Shown here in pieces: positions 1 to 8,287 of a stretch of 64,000 nt of DNA. The notes under the pieces were generated by a model. That model did no database searches. It had not been told where the DNA came from and worked only from the letters and a program-made list of their open reading frames with translations. Both the position numbers and the translations under genes were made by a program. Position 1 is the stretch's first letter. Every line of letters begins with the position of its first letter. Origin of the DNA: Candidatus Nanopelagicales bacterium (GTDB lineage: Bacteria > Actinomycetota > Actinomycetes > S36-B12 > JBBQYX01); contig JBBQYX010000001.1 of assembly GCA_038208295.1 (NCBI GenBank), forward strand, positions 85,001 to 149,000, written 5' to 3'.

Positions 1-939
1 GCGCAGGGCTGGACCGGTGTCTACGTCGACTTCTTCGGCGTGCTGACGATTGGCGATATCGCCGACCGCATCGACCGCGCGTACGCGGCCTCGCTGACCG
101 GCGCCATGAGCCGCTGGTTCGCCGGAGTACGCGCCACCTTGGGACCCGTGTCGGCCCGGGTCGGGCCGACCAGTGCCACGGCCGCGCCAACCGGCGGGAG
201 GTCAGTCGGGCAGGCAGCCTTGAGTGATCGACTGGACCTGCCGCTGCGCATCCACGAGCGCAGCGGTCGCCGGGTCCTGGTCGTGTGGGACGAGTTCCAG
301 GAGGTCCTCGCTGCGGGAAACCTCGACGCTGTTCTGCGGGCGAGCATCCAGCACCACGGAGAGGCGGCGAGCTATCTGTTCGCGGGGTCGCATCCGGGCA
401 TGATGAACGAGTTGTTCGGCGATCCTCGGCGCGCGTTCTACGCACAGACGATTCCGGTACATCTTCCGCCACTGGCAGTTGAGGATTGCGCCGAATTCGT
501 CGGAGACCGATTTGAGGCGACCCACAGGGACATCGGCGACGCGCTACCCGGACTGCTCGCTGCCACGGGCGGCCATCCGCAACGCACCATGATGCTGGCC
601 CACGCGGTGTGGAACCGCACCACTCACGGCAGGCGAGCCGACGAGGAAACTCTGCGCGCAGCCCTGGACACCACGATGACGGATCTCGATGCCGAGTTCC
701 GGGTGAGTTGGTTGGCGCTGCCAGCGTCGCAACGTCGTGCCCTTTCGGCCGTGTCGCGCGACGAGCCCCCGTACGGCGTGGGCAGCACGGGTGGCAGTCG
801 TGGTGGCACAGTCCGTACTGCGCTGACCAGCCTGATCGCCCGTGGCGACGTCATTGTCGCTGGAGGCCAACACCAGGTTGTCGATCCGCTGTTTGCCCGC
901 TGGGTGGCATCGGGGCGTACGGGGCCGACCGGTTCCTGA
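1..939 (+). CDS. AAA/P-loop ATPase (archaeal-ATPase-like) with probable C-terminal winged helix; 5' end lies outside the window
   Basis: Frame is open from base 1. Walker B VVWDEFQE, then YLFAGS, TGGHP and C-terminal VVDPLFARW. Walker A is not in the window. Confidence 0.7.
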   Translation, partial: AQGWTGVYVDFFGVLTIGDIADRIDRAYAASLTGAMSRWFAGVRATLGPVSARVGPTSATAAPTGGRSVGQAALSDRLDLPLRIHERSGRRVLVVWDEFQEVLAAGNLDAVLRASIQHHGEAASYLFAGSHPGMMNELFGDPRRAFYAQTIPVHLPPLAVEDCAEFVGDRFEATHRDIGDALPGLLAATGGHPQRTMMLAHAVWNRTTHGRRADEETLRAALDTTMTDLDAEFRVSWLALPASQRRALSAVSRDEPPYGVGSTGGSRGGTVRTALTSLIARGDVIVAGGQHQVVDPLFARWVASGRTGPTGS

Positions 940-963
940 ATAGCGCTGCCGCGCAACGACACC

Positions 964-1003
964 GCGGGGCCGCCCGCACCATGTTCGGTGCGGACGGCCC
1001 CGC
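964..1003. terminator. GC-rich hairpin between convergent genes
   Basis: gcggggccgcccgcacc / ggtgcggacggccccgc inverted repeat with one mismatch and a 6-nt loop. Confidence 0.6.
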
Positions 1004-1052
1004 CGTCGTGAGTTGTTCCGGTCCTAACAACCGGAGCCGAGAGGCGACAGTG

Positions 1053-3290
1053 TCACCCCTTGATGCTGTCCCCGTAGATCCGACCAGCGGGGGTGTCCAC
1101 CACAACCTGCAGCGCGCCGCCGTTGTTCGGCGTCATGGCCATGATCGGGCCACCGGTAGTCGCGACCCGGAACGCCGCGATACCGATGCCGTCGCGGGTC
1201 AGCAGGACGCGGGTGCCCGAGCTGAAGTTGCCGGTGGCGATGGTCAGATCCAGCTGACCGGCGCCCACCTCCTCGTCCACGATCCCGAACGGCTTCACCG
1301 TCAGGCCAAGGGTCTGGCTCCAGCCGACCACCGTCGAGGCGGAGTTCAGCCGTACCGCGTAAGAGCCGCTCAGCATCCGTACGTTCGCCATCGTGAACGA
1401 ACCGTCTGCTGCGACATCGGTCACCGCGGTCGCCCGACCATCGCGCACCAGGAAGGCCCGTACGTTCGGGAACGTCAGGGCGGTCCCGGCCACCATGCCG
1501 CGGATGGTTACCGGCGCACCTGCGGAGGTCACGGCCGTTGCTGCCGGCGAGGTGACGATCACGCTGGTGCCGTCGATCGGGGAATCGGCCACGGACACGG
1601 CGCGATTGGCCGGGGGTGGCGAAACCGGCGCGTTGGCCGTCAGGTAGTCGACGAGCACGTTCAGGTCGTTGAAGCCGTTGTCCTGCCGCTTCGTGCCCTT
1701 GGTGAACGTGGTGAAGTTGTCACCGCCGGTGGACAGGAATGAGTTGACCGTGACGCGGTAGTCGGCAGTCGGGCTCAGAACCTTGCCATCCAGGGTGATC
1801 CGGTTGGCCAGAATGCGTTGGCCCTGCGGACGACTTGCGTCGTAGACGTAGCGGAAACCCTTCGACAGGCCCAGTTGCAGGTAAGGCCGCGACGAACCCG
1901 CCGGCTGCCACTGCTCCTCCAGCACCGCCTTGATCTGCGCACCGGTCAGCGTCATCGTGATGACACCGTTGGCGAACGGCTGAGTGGTGTTCGCCTCGGC
2001 ATAGGTGACTACGCCCGCAGCGTCTCCGGGGACATCAGTCTTCGCGTCGTACGTCAAGTCCGCCCGTACGCCACCGGGATTCATGAACGCGATCTGCGCG
2101 CCGCCCAACCTCGCCGGCTCGGTTGCGGACAGTTGCGCGGTGGCGATCAAGTTGCTGAGTGAGGACTCTTTACCGCGGTCCTCGGTGGGTGTGCCACCGG
2201 CCGCCGGGGTCGCGTAAGCGCGACGAATGTCCGCAGTAATGGTGCCGACCTGAACCTTGCCGACCTCAGCGGAGGCAGCCTTCGCGTCGGCGACGATCTT
2301 GGCAACTGCCGGGTCCTCGGGGAAACCGACGACGTCGAGCACCTCGGCCTTGGCGGCCGTGACCTTCTTGGCCGCGCTGTCATAGGAGAAGGTGATCTTG
2401 TCGAGGGCGCCGCCGTACGACAATGCCTGCACCACCGGGCGGTCATAGCCCAGCCCGGTCACCGGGAACGCGCAGGCATACTTCTGGTGAGTGTGGCCGG
2501 TGACGATCGCGTTCACCTTGTTGCTCACACCGTTGACGATCGGGCCGAGGGCCGGGTCCGTCGGAATGTTCGCGCAGGTTTCGGTGTCGGCGCCCTCATG
2601 GACGAGCAGCACCAGGACATCGGCCTCGCCGTTGGCGTCGTTGCCATCGGTCAGTTGAGCAGCGACCCGGTTCGTCTCGACCACCGGATCACGGAAGTCC
2701 ACCCCCTGGATTCCGCCGGGTGACACCAGGGATGCGGTCTGCTTGGTGACCGCGCCGATGAACCCCATGCGGACCCCGGCGATAGTTTTCACTGCATATT
2801 CCTGCAGCGCCGGTTTGCCGTCCTTATAGACGTTGGCGCCCAGGTAGGGGAACGCCGCGCTCTTGGTGACGCGGTCGGTCAGGTCGGCGAAACCACGGTC
2901 GAACTCGTGGTTGCCGACTGCCGAGACGGCGACATTCATGGCGTTCAGCGCCGCTAGGGTCGGCTCATCCTTCTGGACCGCCGAGATGAACGGCGAAGCG
3001 CCGATGTTGTCTCCGGCCGACACCACTACGGAACCGCCTGTCGGGTTCGCCGCGGCGAACTCGCTCTGCAGTTTCGTCAGGGCACCCGCCAGCTGCGCGG
3101 CCCCACCGGCGGCCTTGCCATCAACCTTCCCCGGCGACTCCAGCCGTCCGTGGTAGTCGTTGAATCCCAGCAGCAGGATCTGCGTGTCGGTAGCTGCCAC
3201 CGCAGGCGGCACGGCCATCACCAAGCTCGCCCCCACCGCCAACGCGGTTCCCGCGGCCCACGTCCCGGCCCGTCTGGTCGTCCAGCGCAT
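1053..3290 (-). CDS. Secreted bifunctional metallophosphoesterase/5'-nucleotidase with an extra C-terminal beta-rich region
   Basis: Signal peptide; motifs FNDYHG, SAGDNIG, GNHEFD, GHTH, MNPGGVR, QPFAN, GGDNF. SD-like aagggtgagg before ATG 3290. Confidence 0.9.
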   Translation of the reverse strand: MRWTTRRAGTWAAGTALAVGASLVMAVPPAVAATDTQILLLGFNDYHGRLESPGKVDGKAAGGAAQLAGALTKLQSEFAAANPTGGSVVVSAGDNIGASPFISAVQKDEPTLAALNAMNVAVSAVGNHEFDRGFADLTDRVTKSAAFPYLGANVYKDGKPALQEYAVKTIAGVRMGFIGAVTKQTASLVSPGGIQGVDFRDPVVETNRVAAQLTDGNDANGEADVLVLLVHEGADTETCANIPTDPALGPIVNGVSNKVNAIVTGHTHQKYACAFPVTGLGYDRPVVQALSYGGALDKITFSYDSAAKKVTAAKAEVLDVVGFPEDPAVAKIVADAKAASAEVGKVQVGTITADIRRAYATPAAGGTPTEDRGKESSLSNLIATAQLSATEPARLGGAQIAFMNPGGVRADLTYDAKTDVPGDAAGVVTYAEANTTQPFANGVITMTLTGAQIKAVLEEQWQPAGSSRPYLQLGLSKGFRYVYDASRPQGQRILANRITLDGKVLSPTADYRVTVNSFLSTGGDNFTTFTKGTKRQDNGFNDLNVLVDYLTANAPVSPPPANRAVSVADSPIDGTSVIVTSPAATAVTSAGAPVTIRGMVAGTALTFPNVRAFLVRDGRATAVTDVAADGSFTMANVRMLSGSYAVRLNSASTVVGWSQTLGLTVKPFGIVDEEVGAGQLDLTIATGNFSSGTRVLLTRDGIGIAAFRVATTGGPIMAMTPNNGGALQVVVDTPAGRIYGDSIKG

Positions 3291-3441
3291 CGCCTCACCC
3301 TTCGAGCGTCGATCGGGTACGGCACGACCGCCGCACCTGCCCGTTGAGCATGCCACCCCCACCGCATGGTCGGTGGCGTGGTTCGCTCGGCTGACCTCGG
3401 CCGGGCGCCACTGCCCGGCGACCATGATCCGCGCGAGTGGG

Positions 3442-4833
3442 CTAGTCCGGCAGGTGCAGGCGCCGGGCGGCCTCCGCGATCGATCCGGACAGGCTCGGAT
3501 AGACGGTGAAGGAGGAGGCCATCTGGTCCACGGTCAGGCGGTGCTCGACGGCCATGGTGATCGGATAGACCAACTCGCTGGCGCGCGGTGCGACGATGAC
3601 ACCGCCGACCACGATCCGCGTACCCCGTCTGCAGAACAGTTTCACGAAACCCTCGTGCAGTTCTTGCATCTTCCCCCGGGCGTTCGTCGCCAACGGCAGC
3701 AGCACCGAGTCGGCATTGATGCGACCCTCGTCGACATCGCTCTGGGTCACCCCGACCGTGGCGATCTCCGGGTCAGTGAAGACGTTGCTGGATACCGTCT
3801 TCAGATCCAGTGGCGTCACGGCATCGCCCAGCGCGTGCCACATCGCGATCCGCCCTTGCATCGCCGCGACCGAGGCGAGCATGAGCACTCCGGTGCAGTC
3901 GCCGGCGGCGTACACCCCACGCGCGCTGGTACGCGACACCCGGTCCACGACCACGAAACCCCGCTCGTCGAGGTGCACGCCGGCTTCGGCCAGGCCAAGT
4001 CCGTCGGTGTTGGGCAGCGAACCGACGGCCATCAGGCAGTGCGAGCCGGCCACCGTCCTACCGTCGCCGAGCGTCACCTCGACCCCGTCGTCGGTACGGC
4101 GCACTGATTCCGCCCGGCTGCGCCCGAGGACCTCCATGCCCCGGCGGGCAAAGACCTTCTCCAGGACCTCGGCGGCGTCAGAATCCTCACCGGGCAGGAC
4201 CCGCTCCCTGCTGGACACCAGGACGACCTCCGAACCCAGCGCGGTGTAGGCCGACGCGAACTCGGCGCCGGTCACGCCCGAGCCGACGACGATGAGCCGG
4301 CGCGGCAGTTCGGGCAGGTCGTAGACCTGCTCCCAGGTCAGGATGCGTTCGCCATCCGGCTCGGCACCCCGCACGATCCGGGGCCGGGCTCCGGTCGAGA
4401 CCAGGACCACATCGGCCGTCAACGTCGTCTCGGCACCGTCGGGCGCCGTGGCGATGACCCGACCTGCCCCGTCCAGTCGGCCCAGCCCGGGGAGCACGGT
4501 GACGCCATCGCGCGTCAACCGCTTGCGCACGTCGTCGCTCTGAGCGGCGGCCAGCCGCTTGACCCGCTCGTTGACGAGGCCGAGGTCCACCCCGACGACT
4601 CCTGGGCGGGCCACCTCCCCGGCGAACAGCACGCCGAGCTCGCCGGACTCCTCCGCGGCTGTCATCACCTCCGCGGTTGCGATGAGCGTCTTGCTGGGGA
4701 CGCAGTCGGTCAGCACCGCCGACCCGCCGAGACCGTCGCGATCCACGACCGTCACGTCCGCCCCGAGCTGCGCGGCCACCAGCGCCGCTTCGTACCCGCC
4801 GGGCCCACCACCGATGATCACAACTGAGGTCAC
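3442..4833 (-). CDS. lpdA: NAD(P)H-quinone dehydrogenase (LpdA-type flavoprotein disulfide reductase)
   Basis: IIGGGPGG FAD motif; single-Cys AVLTDCVPSK typical of Rv3303c-type LpdA; GSGVTGAE; YPSLSGS. Start set at GTG 4833 (ATG 4842 is the alternative). Confidence 0.9.
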   Translation of the reverse strand: MTSVVIIGGGPGGYEAALVAAQLGADVTVVDRDGLGGSAVLTDCVPSKTLIATAEVMTAAEESGELGVLFAGEVARPGVVGVDLGLVNERVKRLAAAQSDDVRKRLTRDGVTVLPGLGRLDGAGRVIATAPDGAETTLTADVVLVSTGARPRIVRGAEPDGERILTWEQVYDLPELPRRLIVVGSGVTGAEFASAYTALGSEVVLVSSRERVLPGEDSDAAEVLEKVFARRGMEVLGRSRAESVRRTDDGVEVTLGDGRTVAGSHCLMAVGSLPNTDGLGLAEAGVHLDERGFVVVDRVSRTSARGVYAAGDCTGVLMLASVAAMQGRIAMWHALGDAVTPLDLKTVSSNVFTDPEIATVGVTQSDVDEGRINADSVLLPLATNARGKMQELHEGFVKLFCRRGTRIVVGGVIVAPRASELVYPITMAVEHRLTVDQMASSFTVYPSLSGSIAEAARRLHLPD

Positions 4834-4908
4834 GGTGGGCATTGTGGCCCGCTCCAGGGTCACGCGGCACGCGCGAAGACCTGCCCGCCATGGCGGACCC
4901 TGGGGCGT

Positions 4909-4914
4909 TAGCGT
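4909..4914 (+). promoter_or_regulatory. -10 element for leaderless punA mRNA
   Basis: TAGCGT lies 6 nt before GTG 4921; no SD. Confidence 0.55.
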
Positions 4915-4920
4915 CACCTC

Positions 4921-5769
4921 GTGACGCAGACGCAACCAGACTTCAGTGACCCGCACGCAGTGGCTGCCATCGCGGCCCACGACATCGCTCGCCTGACCGG
5001 CGTCGACCGGCACGGCGTGGCTGTGGTCCTCGGCTCGGGGTGGGTTCCGGCGGCGGACCTGCTCGGCGACACCGTCGCGGAGGTGGTGGTCACCGAGGTC
5101 ACCGGGTTCGCGGCGCCCGCGGTGGCCGGGCACGCGGGAGTGCTGCGTAGCGTCGACACACCGGGCGGGCCCGCTCTGGTGTTCCTGGGCCGCACCCACC
5201 TGTACGAGGGTCGGGGCGTCGACCCGGTCGTGCACGCGGTGCGCACCGCCGCCGCGGCAGGCTGTCACACCGTCGTTTTGACCAATGGCTGCGGCGGACT
5301 CGATCCGTCCTGGACGCCTGGGACACCGGTCCTCATCAGCGACCACATCAACCTGACCCAGCAGACCCCCCTGCGGGGTGCAACCTTCATCGACCTGACG
5401 GATCTGTATTCGACCCGGCTCCGCGAGTTGTGCCGAGCCATCGAGCCGGATCTGCCCGAAGGCGTCTACGTGCAGTTGACCGGTCCGCAGTACGAGACCC
5501 CAGCCGAGATCCGCATGATCCGCGCGATCGGGGGGAGCCTGGTCGGCATGTCGACGACCTTGGAGGCCATCGCCGCCCGGGAGGCGGGGTTGGAGGTTCT
5601 GGGGCTGTCGCTGGTGACCAACCTGGCGGCCGGGATGACCGGGGAGCCGCTGAACCACGCCGAGGTCTTGGAGGCCGGAGCGGCTGCGGCGCAACGCATG
5701 GGGCGCCTGCTCGGCCAAGTCCTCGCCCAATTGAGCCGAAGCGAAGAAACCACGGGCGGTGCCGCGTGA
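4921..5769 (+). CDS. punA: Purine-nucleoside phosphorylase (trimeric type)
   Basis: VLGSGW, GRTHLYEG, GPQYETPAE, VGMST, VTNLAAG, NHAEV. Confidence 0.95.
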   Translation: MTQTQPDFSDPHAVAAIAAHDIARLTGVDRHGVAVVLGSGWVPAADLLGDTVAEVVVTEVTGFAAPAVAGHAGVLRSVDTPGGPALVFLGRTHLYEGRGVDPVVHAVRTAAAAGCHTVVLTNGCGGLDPSWTPGTPVLISDHINLTQQTPLRGATFIDLTDLYSTRLRELCRAIEPDLPEGVYVQLTGPQYETPAEIRMIRAIGGSLVGMSTTLEAIAAREAGLEVLGLSLVTNLAAGMTGEPLNHAEVLEAGAAAAQRMGRLLGQVLAQLSRSEETTGGAA

Positions 5770-7511
5770 TGACGGATCTCCTGACTCCCGATCCGACTCT
5801 CCTCGACCGCGCGCGTGACTGGCTGGTCGAGGACCCCGACGAGGCGACCCGAGCCCGGCTGGCCACGTTGATCCAGGGCACCGAGGCGGGCGACTTGTCG
5901 ATGCGTGCGTTGTTGGCAGACAGTTTCGCGGGTTCCCTGCAGTTCGGGACCGCCGGTCTGCGCGGTGCTCTCGGGCCCGGTTCCAATCGGATGAACCGGG
6001 TTGTGGTGATGCGCGCCGCAGCGGGGCTGGCCGCATTCCTGCGCAGGCAACACCCGGCCGGTGGCGCTGTCGTCATCGGCTACGACGCGCGGTATAACTC
6101 CGACGTATTCGCCCGCGACACCGCCGCCGTGATGACGGGGGCAGGTCTGTCGGCTCTCGTCCTACCGCGGCCGCTACCCACCCCAGTTCTGGCGTACGCG
6201 ATCCGCCAACTCGGCTGCATCGCCGGAGTGATGGTGACCGCGAGCCACAACCCGCCGCAGGACAACGGCTACAAGGTCTATCTCGGCGACGGCACCCAGA
6301 TCGTCCCCCCGGTCGACACCGAGATCGCCGACTGCATCGACGCCGTCGGCCGCGTTTCCGAGCTGCCGCTAGGCACCGAGTGGAACACCCTCGACGACAC
6401 ACTGCTCGACAACTACCTGACCCGGGTGGTGTCGCTGCTGCCGCCCGGACCTCGCGACGTCAGCGTTGTCTACACCGCGATGCACGGAGTTGGCGGTACG
6501 GTCTTCCGCGATGCGTTGCAGCGCAGCGGTTTCCCGACACCGGTGCTGGTTACTGAGCAGTTCGACCCGGACCCAGAATTCCCGACCGTTGCCTTTCCCA
6601 ATCCCGAGGAACCGGGCGCCATTGACCTCGCCCTGGCAGCCGCTACGTCGGCCGCCGCCGACGTCGTCATCGCCAACGATCCCGACGCCGACCGGTGTGC
6701 GGTGGCTCTGCCGAACCCCTACGACTCGTCCTGGTCAATGCTGCGCGGCGACGAGGTGGGCGCCCTGCTGGCCTGGTGGATCCTGGAGCGGGCGCGGCGG
6801 GCGGGCCACCCCGTCAGCGGAACAATGGCCTGCTCGATCGTCTCCTCGTCGTTGCTGGGACGCATCGCCGCCGACGCCGGCCTGCCGTACGAGGAGACCC
6901 TCACCGGTTTCAAGTGGATCGGCCGCATCCCGGACCTGCTGTTCGGGTACGAGGAGGCGCTTGGCTACTGCGTGGACGCCGTCGCCGTCAGCGATAAGGA
7001 CGGCGTCAGCGCCGGCCTGCTGGTGGCCGAACTCGTCGCCGCGCTGAAGGGCGAGGACCGTACGGTCGACGACGTGCTGGGCGACCTAGCCCGCCGATTC
7101 GGCCTCCATGCCACCGACCAGGTGTCCGTACGGGTCGACGACATCGCTGTCATCACTGACGCCATGTCCCGGCTACGCGCCGATCCCCCGACCTCCCTGG
7201 CCGGTCGGGACGTCGTCTCGTTCGAGGACCTGGAACAGGGCAGCGACTCGCTGCCCCCCACGGACGGCGTGCGTCTGCGGCTAGCCGGTGACGCCCGGGT
7301 CATCATCCGGCCCAGCGGCACCGAGCCGAAACTCAAGTGCTACCTCGAGGTCGTCGTGCCCGTGGACCCAGCGCTCGGTGCCGTCGAACTCACCGGCCTG
7401 TCCCCATTGTCCGGCCCCGCCGACGTCGCAGTCGCCCGCCGCAGCGCGGCAACCGCGCTGACCGAACTCGGTGCCGCGGTCTCGGCCGTCCTGAACCTGC
7501 CCGGGTCTTGA
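5769..7511 (+). CDS. Phospho-sugar mutase (PGM/PMM family; probable phosphopentomutase by context)
   Basis: FGTAGLRG, TASHNP phosphoserine motif, DPDADR metal loop, YEEALG, RPSGTEPK. Start overlaps the punA stop. Confidence 0.92.
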   Translation: MTDLLTPDPTLLDRARDWLVEDPDEATRARLATLIQGTEAGDLSMRALLADSFAGSLQFGTAGLRGALGPGSNRMNRVVVMRAAAGLAAFLRRQHPAGGAVVIGYDARYNSDVFARDTAAVMTGAGLSALVLPRPLPTPVLAYAIRQLGCIAGVMVTASHNPPQDNGYKVYLGDGTQIVPPVDTEIADCIDAVGRVSELPLGTEWNTLDDTLLDNYLTRVVSLLPPGPRDVSVVYTAMHGVGGTVFRDALQRSGFPTPVLVTEQFDPDPEFPTVAFPNPEEPGAIDLALAAATSAAADVVIANDPDADRCAVALPNPYDSSWSMLRGDEVGALLAWWILERARRAGHPVSGTMACSIVSSSLLGRIAADAGLPYEETLTGFKWIGRIPDLLFGYEEALGYCVDAVAVSDKDGVSAGLLVAELVAALKGEDRTVDDVLGDLARRFGLHATDQVSVRVDDIAVITDAMSRLRADPPTSLAGRDVVSFEDLEQGSDSLPPTDGVRLRLAGDARVIIRPSGTEPKLKCYLEVVVPVDPALGAVELTGLSPLSGPADVAVARRSAATALTELGAAVSAVLNLPGS

Positions 7512-7572
7512 CGCTGCCCGCATGGGATGCTCCACACCAGTTGCGAACACGCTGGATGACCGGGAGGTCCAC

Positions 7573-7983
7573 ATGAGTGATCACGGCGGTCAGCCGTACG
7601 TCGTCGACATCGAAACGACCACCGAGCAGAACGAGACCTTCCGGACCACGCTGTGGACGGGCGAGCATCTGCAGTTGACCGTGATGAGCATCCGCCCTGG
7701 TGACGACATCGGTTTGGAGGTGCATCCCGAGATCGACCAGTTCCTCCGGGTCGAGGCCGGTACGGGCCGCTGCAAGATGGGGCCGAGCGGAGACGACCTA
7801 CCCTTCGACGAGCCCGTACGCGACGGATCGGCCATCCTCGTCCCCGCGGGCACCTGGCACAACGTCACGAATACCGGCGACGTGGACCTCAAGGTCTACG
7901 CCCTGTACGGACCCCCGGATCACCTGCCGGGCACCATCCACGCAACGCACGCCGATGCGGAGAACGACCCGAACGAGCACTGA
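7573..7983 (+). CDS. Cupin domain protein
   Basis: GLEVHPEIDQFLRVE and PAGTWHNV cupin motifs; SD ggagg before ATG. Confidence 0.85.
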   Translation: MSDHGGQPYVVDIETTTEQNETFRTTLWTGEHLQLTVMSIRPGDDIGLEVHPEIDQFLRVEAGTGRCKMGPSGDDLPFDEPVRDGSAILVPAGTWHNVTNTGDVDLKVYALYGPPDHLPGTIHATHADAENDPNEH

Positions 7984-8008
7984 CAAGCACTGACAAGCAC
8001 TGACAAGC
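7976..8008. repeat. 10-bp tandem repeat (agcactgaca) x3.3 spanning the cupin stop codon
   Basis: agcactgaca agcactgaca agcactgaca agc. Confidence 0.95.
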
Positions 8009-8017
8009 TTGGGGATG

Positions 8018-8045
8018 CCGTCTGTAGGCAGAGTTATACAGACGG
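8018..8045. terminator. Inverted repeat (terminator or operator)
   Basis: ccgtctgta-N10-tacagacgg, perfect 9-bp arms. Confidence 0.45.
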
Positions 8046-8287
8046 TGGACGTTTACGGCATTGGCCATGCGCCGCTTACCTTTGGCCACAGCGTCCGGGA
8101 CTTCTGACCCTGCGGCGGCCGCATTTACCGCGTCACTCTCACTCGATAGCACCATCTCCGAGGGGTTCGGGTCGCGCTGTCAGGGGTGACAAGCGTCGAT
8201 GATTCTTCGGCTCGCCTGACTGGGGCGCGCCGGCTATTCGCCTTCCCCGGGAGATCAGAAACGAGAGCGCCCAGGGGGGCCACAGTC

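Noticed and set aside
3442-6036. 864-aa ORF as an LpdA fusion protein
   Set aside because: The N-terminal ~400 aa is the antisense shadow of punA and the mutase; homology starts at about 4833.
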